A stretch of 64,000 nucleotides of DNA from Candidatus Limnocylindria bacterium (GTDB taxonomy: Bacteria > Chloroflexota > Limnocylindria > P2-11E). The position numbers were made by a program, and so were the translations under genes. Shown in pieces: positions 1-9,408 of this stretch. Position 1 is the stretch's first letter. Each line of letters begins with the position of its first letter. The stretch spans positions 4,787 to 68,786 of the forward strand of contig DASYSC010000012.1 of assembly GCA_036003765.1 (NCBI GenBank), read 5' to 3'. The notes below the pieces were generated by a model. The model was not told the DNA's origin. It did no database searches and worked only from the letters and a program-made list of their open reading frames with translations.

Positions 1-128
1 GCGGTATTCGTTGCGGAATCGCGTCGTATTCGTCCCGGCGTGCGGCACTGAACGAGCTTCAGTACCGCGCACGAGGCGGAATCGCCGATGAAATCGGCCT
101 AGCTCCGAGGGCTCCGCTAAGGTTCTGA

Positions 129-749
129 GTGTTGGCGATCTCAGACAAAGACCGGGAGGCTGTCCTCGAAGTCCTCAGGAACGCCCAGTTCGTCTATGGC
201 CTGGGCCGATATCCGAAGAAACAGGTTCTCGACGATCCCGCCGATGTCAAGGCGCTTCGCGAGCGGCTCGAGGCGATGCGCGCGGCGGCCAAGGGCTTGA
301 GCCCGGCTGAGCGCGAGAAGCTCGACGTTCCGTGGGCGGATCTCGAAGCGATCGACTCTGGGATCGAGGCTGTCTGGAAGGCCGCGAAGCGCGCGACGCC
401 CAAGATCATCGCTGAGCTCAGTCCGCTCGTTCGCGATGAACCGGAAGCCGCCTTCCTCATCGCTCCGATAAAGGGCGGCCGCAAGGCTGAGATCGAACCG
501 CACGAGAAGGTCAAGGAGCGTCCGAAAGAGAAGGCGGCGGCGGAGAGCGGCCTTACCGGAAAGGAGATCGCCGGCCTGGAGCTCGTGATTCAACAGAGGA
601 TCGCCGCAGACGTATTTCGCGTGGCTCCGCGGCAATCACAGCCTGCCTCTCTCGGAGTGGCGGAAGCGTCGAGCGGACACGGAAAGAGCCCGCCCGAGGC
701 GCTCTACGTCGAGAGGCTATTCAAGGCGCATTCGCTCAATAGATCGTGA
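129..749 (+). CDS. hypothetical protein (Lys/Glu-rich, no recognisable domain)
   Basis: GTG-start ORF with G/C-biased third positions, ending 17 nt before phoD. No motif recognised. Overlapping antisense ORFs (141-635, 194-514) look like GC shadow frames. Confidence 0.4.
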   Translation: MLAISDKDREAVLEVLRNAQFVYGLGRYPKKQVLDDPADVKALRERLEAMRAAAKGLSPAEREKLDVPWADLEAIDSGIEAVWKAAKRATPKIIAELSPLVRDEPEAAFLIAPIKGGRKAEIEPHEKVKERPKEKAAAESGLTGKEIAGLELVIQQRIAADVFRVAPRQSQPASLGVAEASSGHGKSPPEALYVERLFKAHSLNRS

Positions 750-765
750 GCGTGGTGGCGCGACG

Positions 766-2316
766 GTGATGGACCGCCGCGCCTTTCTCGTCGCCTCCGC
801 GCGCATCGCGGCGCTCGCGGCGCTCGGGCCGCTCGGCTCGTGCGCGCAGCCGTCCGGACCGGTCAAGTTCGACCGGGACCCCTTCGCGCTCGGCGTCGCC
901 TCCGGCGATCCGGTTCCCGACGGCGTCGTGCTGTGGACGCGCCTCGCGCCAGATCCGCTGCACGGCGGTGGAGTACCGAAACAGTCCGTCGATGTGGAGT
1001 GGCTCGTGGCGCGGGACGAAGGGATGAAGGAGGTCGTGCGCACCGGCACTGCCAGCGCGATCCCGGAACTCGCGCATTCGGTACACGTCGATGTGAACGG
1101 CCTCGATCCGAATCGCGTCTACTGGTACCGGTTTCGCGCGGGCGGCGTGGAGAGCCCGATCGGCCGGACCCAGACGGCCCCGCCGGCCGGTGCGGTTCTC
1201 AACCTCCGCTTCGCCTTCGCGTCGTGCCAGAACTACGCGCACGGCTACTACACGGCCCATGCGGGCATCGCGCGCGAGGACCTCCAGGTGGTCCTCTTCC
1301 TCGGGGACTACATCTATGAAGGCACCGCGCGCGGCGACATCGTCCGCGAGTACGCCAAGCGCGGCTGGAGCTTCAGCCTCGCCGACTACCGCGACCGGTA
1401 CGCCCAGTACCGGACCGACAAGGATCTTCAGGCGTCGCACGCCGCGTTCCCGTGGATCGTTACCTGGGACGATCACGAGGTGGAGAACAACTACGCCGGC
1501 GGCATCGACAAGGAGGACCCTCGCAACAAGCAGGCGATCGCGGAGCGCGCCGCCGGGTACCAGGCGTTCTACGAGCACATGCCCGTCCGCGTCCCCCGGC
1601 CACAAGGCCCCGACATGAAGCTGTACCGCGCGCTCTCGTTTGGCGATCTGGCGACTTTCTACGTGCTCGACACGCGGCAGTACCGCTCGCCGGAGGTCGC
1701 GCTCTGCCTGGAGCAGGACGAGACCCCCTCTGGATACTGCCCGGCGAGCATCGATCCCAAGCGCACGATGCTCGGGGCAGAACAGCGCAACTGGTTGCTC
1801 GCGGGGCTCGCCGGCTCGACCGCCGCATGGAACTTCGTGGCGCAGTCCGTCCGCTTCGCGCAGCAGGACTCGAGCCCCGACCCCGGCAGGCACATCTTCG
1901 ACGGAGTCGACAACTGGATGGGCTACGTCGCCGACCGGCAGGCGATCCTCGAGCAATTCGCCCGTACGAAGAATCCGGTCGTCCTCTCCGGCGACAGCCA
2001 CGTGAACTTCGTCTATGACCTCAGGCGCGATTTCTCGGACCCCGTTTCGCCGCCTGTAGGCACCGAGCTCTTAGGAACCTCGATCAGCTCCGAGGGCGAC
2101 CCCTTTATCGAGCAGACCCAGTTCACTCCGTCGGCGAAGAACCCTCAGCTCAAGTTCTTCGACAACCACCGCGGCTATGTGCGCTGCACCCTCGAGCGCG
2201 GTCGCCTGACGGCCGATTTCCGCGCGGTGTCCACGGTCCGCGTTCCCACGGCGACGGTCACGACAACGGCTACCTTCGTGATCAATGACGGAAGGCGCGG
2301 CGCAGATCGCGCGTGA
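766..2316 (+). CDS. phoD: PhoD-family alkaline phosphatase/phosphodiesterase, probable Tat-exported lipoprotein
   Basis: N-terminal twin-arginine signal (MMDRRAFLVAS...) ending in a lipobox-like LGSC. Carries DPFALGVASGDPVPDGVVLWTRL, FLGDYIYE and TWDDHEVENN, typical PhoD metallophosphatase blocks. Confidence 0.85.
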   Translation: MMDRRAFLVASARIAALAALGPLGSCAQPSGPVKFDRDPFALGVASGDPVPDGVVLWTRLAPDPLHGGGVPKQSVDVEWLVARDEGMKEVVRTGTASAIPELAHSVHVDVNGLDPNRVYWYRFRAGGVESPIGRTQTAPPAGAVLNLRFAFASCQNYAHGYYTAHAGIAREDLQVVLFLGDYIYEGTARGDIVREYAKRGWSFSLADYRDRYAQYRTDKDLQASHAAFPWIVTWDDHEVENNYAGGIDKEDPRNKQAIAERAAGYQAFYEHMPVRVPRPQGPDMKLYRALSFGDLATFYVLDTRQYRSPEVALCLEQDETPSGYCPASIDPKRTMLGAEQRNWLLAGLAGSTAAWNFVAQSVRFAQQDSSPDPGRHIFDGVDNWMGYVADRQAILEQFARTKNPVVLSGDSHVNFVYDLRRDFSDPVSPPVGTELLGTSISSEGDPFIEQTQFTPSAKNPQLKFFDNHRGYVRCTLERGRLTADFRAVSTVRVPTATVTTTATFVINDGRRGADRA

Positions 2317-3115
2317 CTCCGCGGCACTGACCGCGACAGAGGCGCTCGAGATCGCCATCGGAGCGGCGCGCGCCGCCGCGGCGCTCCTCGTCGAGCGATT
2401 CGGCGGCCCGGCGGCCGGTCTGCGCGCGAAGTCGAGCGAGGTCGATATGGTCTCGGAGGCCGACGTGGGCGCCGAGCGCGCGGTCGTGACGTACATACGG
2501 GAGCGCCGGCCGGACGACGCGCTCGTCGCGGAGGAAGGTTCACAGACCGCGGGTCGGAGTGGGATTCAGTGGTACATCGATCCCCTCGACGGGACGACCA
2601 ACTACCTCTACGGCGTCCCGCACTGGGCGGTCGCGATCTGCTGTGCCGACGCTCACGGCGCGCTGGCCGGGGTGGTGTACGACCCGCTCCGTGACGAGCT
2701 CTTCAGCGCGCTGCGCGCGGGCGGAGCTCGCGTCGGAGATCGGCGCCTCGCGACGACCACAAAGGCCGATCTCGCGACCGCTCTTGTCGCCACCGGCTTC
2801 GGCTACGGAGCCGCTCAGCGCGAGACGCAGGGCCGCATCCTTGCGCGTGTCGCCGGCGAGGTCCGCGACGTTCGCCGCTTTGGCTCCGCCTCGCTCGACC
2901 TCGCCTACGTGGCGGCCGGAAGATGGGATGCGTACTTCGAATCCGTCGACAAGCCATGGGACTGGATGGCGGGCGCGCTGCTGGTGCGCGAGGCGGGCGG
3001 TCGCGTCTCGGAGCTGACTCCCGCGGACCCGGCACTCCCACGTATCGTTGCGAGCGGCCTCGCCTTGCACGAGCCTCTGCTCGCGCTGCTCGCGAAAGCG
3101 ACGGTCGGCCTGTGA
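2285..3115 (+). CDS. inositol monophosphatase family protein (SuhB/ImpA-like)
   Basis: Signature WYIDPLDGTTNY plus GSASLDLAYVAAGRWDAY and WDWMAGALLVREAGG. Overlaps the phoD 3' end by 32 nt. Confidence 0.85.
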   Translation: MTEGAAQIARDSAALTATEALEIAIGAARAAAALLVERFGGPAAGLRAKSSEVDMVSEADVGAERAVVTYIRERRPDDALVAEEGSQTAGRSGIQWYIDPLDGTTNYLYGVPHWAVAICCADAHGALAGVVYDPLRDELFSALRAGGARVGDRRLATTTKADLATALVATGFGYGAAQRETQGRILARVAGEVRDVRRFGSASLDLAYVAAGRWDAYFESVDKPWDWMAGALLVREAGGRVSELTPADPALPRIVASGLALHEPLLALLAKATVGL

Positions 3116-3185
3116 GCCTGCTGCAGCAGATCCTGTAAAGGACGGCGACTCCTCCCTAGAATCGGCGCTCGAAGGGGAGGCGCGC

Positions 3186-3725
3186 CTGATCGAGATCGAC
3201 CTCGCCGACGCGATCTTCGTGTTCTGCCTGCTGGTCGGCGGCGGCTTGCTACTGCTGACCGTCGTGCTCGACGACGTCATCGGCGGCATATTCGACGCGC
3301 TGCATGTCGGCGTGCACGTCGGGGGCGTGGCCCTCATGCCGCCACTCCTCGGCTTCGTGGCGATGTTCGGCATCGGCGGCCTCATCGGGACCCAGATCCT
3401 CAAGCTTGACAACGGACCGGCTTCGCTTGTGGGCGGGGTCTTCGGCGCCGTTGGGTTCGGGCTGGTCTTCGGCATGTTCAGCGCGCTCCGACGGTCGGAG
3501 GGTCCGGAGCCGTTCAGCCTCAACGATCTCGTCGGCCAGACCGGCCGCGTCAGCGTCGCCATACCCGCGAGGCGCTACGGGAGCGTCTTCATCAGCTTCG
3601 CCGGGGCATCGCACAACCTCACCGCCACATCGGACGTCGACGTGCCTCCGGGTTCTTCCGTCCGCGTCACCGGGATCGCCGGAACGAACATCATCGTCGA
3701 GCCACTCGCGCGCGCCGCGTCATAA
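3186..3725 (+). CDS. NfeD-family membrane protein (flotillin partner)
   Basis: Hydrophobic helices followed by an OB-like C-terminus (GQTGRVSVAI...GSVFISFAGASHNLTATSD...VRVTGIAGTNIIVEPL), directly upstream of a flotillin gene as in nfeD-floT pairs. Start uncertain. The track ORF starts at TTG 3048, which gives a 68-nt overlap and an improbable Cys/Arg-rich N-terminus. CTG 3186 is preceded by GGGGAGG (3174-3180). GTG 3219 is also possible. Confidence 0.7.
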   Translation: MIEIDLADAIFVFCLLVGGGLLLLTVVLDDVIGGIFDALHVGVHVGGVALMPPLLGFVAMFGIGGLIGTQILKLDNGPASLVGGVFGAVGFGLVFGMFSALRRSEGPEPFSLNDLVGQTGRVSVAIPARRYGSVFISFAGASHNLTATSDVDVPPGSSVRVTGIAGTNIIVEPLARAAS

Positions 3726-3777
3726 AGGGTGACGCTTTGCGTCACCCTGTACGTGCAGGTGCGCAGAGCGCACCTGC
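3726..3777 (+). promoter_or_regulatory. two consecutive perfect 10-bp stem-loops in the nfeD-floT spacer
   Basis: AGGGTGACGC-ttt-GCGTCACCCT (3726-3748) and GCAGGTGCGC-aga-GCGCACCTGC (3755-3777). No U-tract follows. A strong SD GGGGAGGAAGG follows, just before the ATG at 3795. Confidence 0.6.
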
Positions 3778-3794
3778 TGTAGGGGAGGAAGGCC

Positions 3795-5570
3795 ATGTTC
3801 GGTCTCACGGGTGTCGGTCCGCTGCTCGTATTCGGAACGGTGATCATCGTCGCGCTCCTCGTGTTCTACGCCGCGAGCCGGTATCGGGTCGCGAACGCGA
3901 ACGAGGCTCTCATCGTCGCCGGTTCGCGCGGCGCGAAGGTGCGGGACGAGAAGGGCCAGCTGATGGTCACGGCCGGCGACAAAGGTGTGAAGGTGGTCGT
4001 CGGCGGCGGCACCTTCGTGATGCCGCTCATCCACCGTGTGGGAAGGCTGAAGCTCACCGTCCGGCAGATCGACGTCGTTCTCGGCGACGCCGTGACCAGC
4101 CAGGGAATCAAGGTGAAGGTCCAGGGCGTTGCGACGTTCAAAATCGGTCGCGACGTCGAGTCGCTACGCAACGCCGCGGAACGATTCCTCGACGCCAAGG
4201 ACGAGCACGTCGATTCGATCGTGAAGAACGTTCTCGAAGGGAGCCTGAGGTCCATCGTCGGCCGGCTGACGATCGAAGAGCTGATCATGGACCGGCAGAA
4301 GCTCCAGCAGGAGGTGCAGGACGCGGCGAAGGGCGACCTCTCGTCGAGTGGCCTGCAGATCGACGCGTTCACCATCCAGTCGATCAGCGACGAGTCCGGC
4401 TATGTGGATCTTCTCGGGCAGCAGAAGCTCGCCGTCGTCGAGAAGGACGCTCGTATGGCCAAGGCCGCCGCGGATCAGCTGGCGTCGGTCCGGGAAGCCG
4501 AGGCCGAACAGATCAAGATCCAGGCGCAGCGGGACGTTGCGCTCAAGCGCGCCGAAGCGCAGGTGCAGACGGCCGCGGCCGAGGCCCGCGCCGCGCAGGC
4601 GGGACCGCTCGCGCAGGCCGACGCCCAACAGGAGGTCACCCGCAAGCAAACGGAGCTCGCGACCCTCGCGGCACTGCGCAAGGAGCAGGAGCTCCTCTCG
4701 ACGACGGTGAAGCCCGCGGCCGCCGAGGCGCAGGCGGCGATCCAGCGAGCCGAAGGTGAGAAACGCGCGCGGATCGCCGCGGCTGAGGCGGGCGCTGAAG
4801 CCGAGCGGCTCCAGGGTTCAGCGGAAGCGGCCGTCGTGCTCACGAAGGGCGAGGCCGAGGCGAAGGCGCTCGCGATGCGAGCCGACGCCTACAAGCAGTT
4901 CAACGACGCGGCCATCATCCAGACGGTCCTCGCGGCGCTACCGGACATCGTCCGAGCGGCGGCCGAGCCGATGCAGCACATCGACTCGCTCACCGTGATG
5001 AGCGCCGACGGCGCATCGGAGATGGTGAAGAACACCTCGCGCGTCGTCGCCGAGTCCGCAACCGCCATCAAGGGCTTGACCGGCCTCGACGTCCCGAACC
5101 TGATCAGTGGCGCGATGCGATCTGGCGCGCTCGCCGGGATGAGATCCGGCGACGGCGATCGCGGCGGGAACGCGAAGCAGCCCGCCGCGTCGCCTCAGGC
5201 AGCGGCAGCGGCGCCGAGCGCTGCGGCGCCGGCGACAGCCACCAACGGCCAGTCGACGCCTGCCCCGACGAGCGTTGAGAACGCCCTCGAAGCTGCAGCG
5301 GCGACCACGACCGCGGCGACAGCAACGGCACGGACCGGGTTGCAGACGGCCGAGGATGAGGCCGCGCGGCTCCTCGCCGCGAAGCTCGGTGAAATCCCGA
5401 ACGTGGCGGACTACATGCACCTACGTCTTTCAGAGGTGGAAAACAGCGGGCCGCGCGCCATGCGCATCCTTTGGCGGATCGCCGAGGCGCAGGTAGGCAA
5501 GCGCTACGGTGCGATGACCGTCGGCGAGCTGATGAAGCGATTTGGAGTGACGCAGCCGGCTCAGCATTAG
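3795..5570 (+). CDS. floT: flotillin-like SPFH/band-7 protein with long Ala/Glu coiled-coil and an extra C-terminal domain
   Basis: N-terminal TM helix, SPFH core ([17 protein letters not shown]..., [17 protein letters not shown]), flotillin-type Ala/Glu repeats ([34 protein letters not shown]), strong SD. An Ala/Pro/Thr linker is followed by about 70 further residues. Confidence 0.85.
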   Translation: MFGLTGVGPLLVFGTVIIVALLVFYAASRYRVANANEALIVAGSRGAKVRDEKGQLMVTAGDKGVKVVVGGGTFVMPLIHRVGRLKLTVRQIDVVLGDAVTSQGIKVKVQGVATFKIGRDVESLRNAAERFLDAKDEHVDSIVKNVLEGSLRSIVGRLTIEELIMDRQKLQQEVQDAAKGDLSSSGLQIDAFTIQSISDESGYVDLLGQQKLAVVEKDARMAKAAADQLASVREAEAEQIKIQAQRDVALKRAEAQVQTAAAEARAAQAGPLAQADAQQEVTRKQTELATLAALRKEQELLSTTVKPAAAEAQAAIQRAEGEKRARIAAAEAGAEAERLQGSAEAAVVLTKGEAEAKALAMRADAYKQFNDAAIIQTVLAALPDIVRAAAEPMQHIDSLTVMSADGASEMVKNTSRVVAESATAIKGLTGLDVPNLISGAMRSGALAGMRSGDGDRGGNAKQPAASPQAAAAAPSAAAPATATNGQSTPAPTSVENALEAAAATTTAATATARTGLQTAEDEAARLLAAKLGEIPNVADYMHLRLSEVENSGPRAMRILWRIAEAQVGKRYGAMTVGELMKRFGVTQPAQH

Positions 5571-5596
5571 CCCGAAAACTCAATAGACTGAATGCG

Positions 5597-6178
<582 letters not shown>

Positions 6179-6181
6179 CGC

Positions 6182-7363
6182 ATAGCCACCACCGACACGG
6201 AGCGGCGCCAGATCGCGGAATCCACTGGCTACGCGCTCCCTACGATCGAGGCCGAAGAGGGCGAGGTCGAGGAGCTCATCCTCAACATGGGGCCGCAGCA
6301 TCCGTCGACACACGGCGTGCTCCGGCTCGTTCTCAAGCTCTCCGGCGAGAAGATCGTGGAGTGCGTTCCCGTGATGGGCTACCTGCACCGCGGGCTCGAG
6401 AAGATCTTCGAGTGGCGGACGTTCCATCAGGGAATCCGATACGCGGACCAGGCGGACTACGTGTCGAACATGCTGAACGAGCACGCCTACGCGGGCGCGA
6501 TGGAGGCCATCGGCGACATCGACGTTCCGCGTCGCGCCGAGTTCATCCGCGTGATCGTCGACGAGATGAGCCGCTGCGCCTCACACCTCGTCTGGCTCGG
6601 GACCTACGGTCTCGACGTCGGTGCGACCACACCCATCCTGTGGTGCTTCCGCGATCGCGAGGAGATCCTGGACATGCTCGAGGAGCTTTGCGGCTCGCGC
6701 ATGAACTTCAACTACTACCGGCCGGGCGGCGTGCTCTACGACTTTCCCCCGGGCTGGATTGGAAAGCTCTCCCGGTTCCTCGAGCGCTACGAGAAGCACA
6801 TCGAGGAGGACTACGTCACGATCCTCGACCAGAACGAGATCTTCCTCGAGCGGACCGTCGGCGTGGGCACGATCTCCCCGGAGCTCGCGAAGGCGTACGG
6901 GCTCACCGGTCCGATGCTTCGCGGCTCAGGCGTGGACTGGGACCTGCGTCGCGACCGCCCGTACTCGATCTACCCGGAGCTCGCTTCGCTGAAGCCCGTC
7001 GTGCTCGCCGAAGGCGACGCGTACGCGCGCTACCGCGTGCGGCTCGGTGAGATGCGGCTCGCGATCGCGCTCATCCGCGAATGCCTCGACAAGCTGCCCG
7101 GCGGTCCGGTCCGCGCGCGGCTCGGCCACGTGTGGAAGTGCCCCAAGGGCGAGGCGTACTACACGGTCGAGGGCGCGAAGGGCGAGGTCGGGATCTACAT
7201 GATCAGCGACGGCCGGAGCCCGAACCCGTTCCGCGCGAAGATGCGCGGCCCCTCCTTCAGCAACCTGCAGATCCTGCCGTGGCTTCTCAAGGATCGGCTC
7301 GTCGCCGATGCCGTCGCGATCCTCGGCTCGATCGACATCGTGCTTGGAGATGTCGATCGGTGA
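6182..7363 (+). CDS. nuoD: NADH-quinone oxidoreductase subunit D-like (49-kDa/Nqo4 type, no NiFe ligands)
   Basis: LNMGPQHPSTHGVLRL, GYLHRGLEK and a C-terminal SIDIVLGDVDR are complex-I-type motifs, and both hydrogenase CxxC pairs are absent. The first canonical start is ATG 6287, but the conserved N-terminal stretch (TIEAEEGEVEELILN) lies upstream in frame with no ATG/GTG/TTG/CTG. ATA 6182 has AAGGTGGA 7 nt upstream. The 5' end is therefore uncertain (6182-6287). Confidence 0.85.
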   Translation: MATTDTERRQIAESTGYALPTIEAEEGEVEELILNMGPQHPSTHGVLRLVLKLSGEKIVECVPVMGYLHRGLEKIFEWRTFHQGIRYADQADYVSNMLNEHAYAGAMEAIGDIDVPRRAEFIRVIVDEMSRCASHLVWLGTYGLDVGATTPILWCFRDREEILDMLEELCGSRMNFNYYRPGGVLYDFPPGWIGKLSRFLERYEKHIEEDYVTILDQNEIFLERTVGVGTISPELAKAYGLTGPMLRGSGVDWDLRRDRPYSIYPELASLKPVVLAEGDAYARYRVRLGEMRLAIALIRECLDKLPGGPVRARLGHVWKCPKGEAYYTVEGAKGEVGIYMISDGRSPNPFRAKMRGPSFSNLQILPWLLKDRLVADAVAILGSIDIVLGDVDR

Positions 7364-7374
7364 CTGTTCCACGA

Positions 7375-7472
7375 CGCCGGCCACTCGACCGAAACCCTCT
7401 CTACGCGACGGGGACCCCCCGGCCTCCGGCCGGCTCCCCATCTCGCGGGGGCCCTCGGTCGAGTGGCCGGCG
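7375..7472 (+). repeat. intercistronic palindromic/structured element, copy 1 (nuoD to next gene)
   Basis: An 18-bp perfect outer stem (CGCCGGCCACTCGACCGA / TCGGTCGAGTGGCCGGCG) encloses a 62-nt core, aaccctctctacgcgacggggaccccccggcctccggccggctccccatctcgcgggggccc. The core is nearly identical to 52318-52380. Confidence 0.65.
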
Positions 7473-7493
7473 GCGCTGCAGTGAGGTCTCCCA

Positions 7494-8213
7494 ATGAGAG
7501 GAATCATTTCCGGCATGCTGCGGACACTCGAGCACTTCGTGCGACCGCGTCCGGTCACTCGGAAGTATCCGTATGAGAAGCGCGATCTTCCGGAGCGGTC
7601 CCGTGGGCTCATTGCTCTTCTGCTCGAGCCGGAGACGAGCATCTTCAAGTGCGAGTCGTGTCTCATGTGTGAGAAGGCGTGCCCGCCGCGAGCGATCTCT
7701 ATCTCCTACACATTTAAGAACGGCTTCCGCAAGCGCCCACCGCTCGCGCCGCGCGCGTCTTACTACCGGATCCGCATGGTGCAGACCGCGCCGTACGGTG
7801 ATCGCCGACCGCAGTCCACCGCCGTGACGACCATCCCGGCGGAGGATGAAGATCGCTTGGATCTGGGCCCGGTCCGTCGTGTGCTGCGGGAGACCCCGAA
7901 GGGCGCCGACCGGTTGACGCGCGTTCTCTACGCGACGAATGCCGCATACGGCTACCTGCCCTGGCGCGCCGCGGAGCTCATCGCGGCCGAGTTCGGGAAG
8001 ACCATGACCGACCTGTACACGGCGGCGTCTCTCCTCGCGAACTTTCGCGGGGCCCCCGACGGCAAAGGGACGGCGATCCCGCGCGGAGGCCGCAGGTACA
8101 CCGGCAACCTCGGCGTCGCGGGCGTCTGGCCCGAGGCGTCACCGCCTCCCGCGCACGACGACCTGCACGAGGACGAGATCCATCACGTCCTCGAGCCGAC
8201 CTTTGCCCGCTAG
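7494..8213 (+). CDS. chimeric NuoI-like (single 4Fe-4S motif) / NuoE-N-terminal-like protein
   Basis: N-terminus VTRKYPYEKRDLPERSRG...CESCLMCEKACPPRAISI matches the NuoI start and its first CxxCxxCxxxCP. No second Cys motif is present. C-terminus LTRVLYATNAAYGYLPWRAAELIAAEFGKTMTDLYTAASLLANFR resembles the helical N-domain of NuoE/HoxE without the 2Fe-2S thioredoxin-like domain. Confidence 0.6.
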   Translation: MRGIISGMLRTLEHFVRPRPVTRKYPYEKRDLPERSRGLIALLLEPETSIFKCESCLMCEKACPPRAISISYTFKNGFRKRPPLAPRASYYRIRMVQTAPYGDRRPQSTAVTTIPAEDEDRLDLGPVRRVLRETPKGADRLTRVLYATNAAYGYLPWRAAELIAAEFGKTMTDLYTAASLLANFRGAPDGKGTAIPRGGRRYTGNLGVAGVWPEASPPPAHDDLHEDEIHHVLEPTFAR

Positions 8214-9408
8214 CACCGCGCCGCGGCTCCTCGATGGGGAAGCACGCGGTGCGCTCGAGCGCGCGCGGTCGACGGCTATCGACGAGCTCATCCAGATCGT
8301 CGAACGGAGCGGGCTCCGCGGCCGCGGGGGCGCGGGCTACCCCTTCGCCGAGAAGCTTCGCGCCGTCCGGCGGAACGTCGACGGCGGCGAGGTGTACCTC
8401 GTGGCGAACGGTTACGACGCCGACCCGGCAAGCCCGCTCGCCCGAACCCTTCTCACGCGCAACGCCGCCAACGTGCTGCGCGGTATCGCGATCGCGGTGC
8501 ATGCGGTCGGCGCGACGCAGGCGTACCTCTACCTGCACCCCGAGGCGATCGATGCCCGTGCCGCAGCGGAGCGGGCGATCCTGGAGCTCGGCGGGGACCT
8601 CGGAGTCCCGATCGAGATCGCGCTCGGCCCAGGCGGCTTCATGGGTGGCGAGGAGTCGGCCCTGCTCGCGGTGCTCGAGTCCCGCCGCGCGATGGCGCGC
8701 CAGCGCCCGCCGTATCCGGCCGCGCAAGGGCTCCGGCTTCGGCCGACGCTCGTGTCGAGCGTAGAAACGCTGGCCTGGCTACCGCTCGTCATTGAGGAGC
8801 AGGCCCGAGCGAACACCAAGCTCGTCTCGGTGACTGGAGCGGTGAACCGGCCCGGCGTGTACGAGATCGTGCTCGGCACGCAGCTCGGCGAGATCCTGAG
8901 CGAGGCCGGCGGGGCGACCGGAAAGATCAAAGGCATCCACGTGGGTGGGCCGACGGGTGGCATCCTCGCATCGTCGAGGCTCGACACGCGGTTCGCCTTC
9001 GACGACCTTCGGGTCGCAGGCACGCACATGGGATCGGCGCAGGTCCGCGCGATCGCCGCGGGCACATGCATCGTCAACGAGGCGGCGACGCTCTTCGCGT
9101 ATCTGGCGCGGGAGAACTGCGCGATCTGCGTTCCGTGCCGCGTGGGCACAAAGCGCGTGCAGGGCATCCTCGAGAGTACGTACTCGGGCCTCGGTCGCGA
9201 GAGCGACCTCGCGTGGCTCGACGAGCTCGGCACGCACATGGAGCGGTTCTCGCTCTGTGGGTTCGGGATCACCGCACCCTCGATCCTCCGCACGACGATG
9301 CGTGAGTTCCCCGAAGACTACCGAGTGCACATTCAGGAGCGTCGGTGTCCCGAGGGCACGTGCAAGCCCGTGCGATCCCGCAGGTACGAGACGATGGTGC
9401 AGCCATGA
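8203..9408 (+). CDS. divergent NuoF-like flavoprotein (FMN site plus N3-type 4Fe-4S)
   Basis: GLRGRGGAGYPF (NuoF has GLRGRGGAGFP), GGFMGGEESALL...RPPYPAAQGL (NuoF has GAYICGEETAL...KPPFPA), CAICVPCRVGT...SLCGFG (CxxCxxC...C). The NADESEPG block is replaced by NGYDADPAS. Overlaps the previous gene by 11 nt. Confidence 0.75.
   Translation: MPASTAPRLLDGEARGALERARSTAIDELIQIVERSGLRGRGGAGYPFAEKLRAVRRNVDGGEVYLVANGYDADPASPLARTLLTRNAANVLRGIAIAVHAVGATQAYLYLHPEAIDARAAAERAILELGGDLGVPIEIALGPGGFMGGEESALLAVLESRRAMARQRPPYPAAQGLRLRPTLVSSVETLAWLPLVIEEQARANTKLVSVTGAVNRPGVYEIVLGTQLGEILSEAGGATGKIKGIHVGGPTGGILASSRLDTRFAFDDLRVAGTHMGSAQVRAIAAGTCIVNEAATLFAYLARENCAICVPCRVGTKRVQGILESTYSGLGRESDLAWLDELGTHMERFSLCGFGITAPSILRTTMREFPEDYRVHIQERRCPEGTCKPVRSRRYETMVQP

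Noticed and set aside
736-2001. 421-aa ORF antisense to phoD
   Set aside because: Arg/Gly/Ala-rich translation with no motif. It lies entirely opposite a well-supported PhoD gene, as a typical high-GC shadow ORF.
6287-7363. NuoD-like protein as a NiFe hydrogenase large subunit
   Set aside because: The N-terminal RxCGxC and C-terminal DPCxxC ligand motifs are replaced by GPQHPSTHG and the DIVLGDVDR terminus, which are the complex I versions.
7926-7940. 13-nt matches (tctctacgcgacg) to the structured-element core at 7926-7940 and about 28627-28639
   Set aside because: Both lie in coding sequence and encode L-Y-A-T with preferred codons. There is no flanking similarity or palindrome, so they are coincidental.
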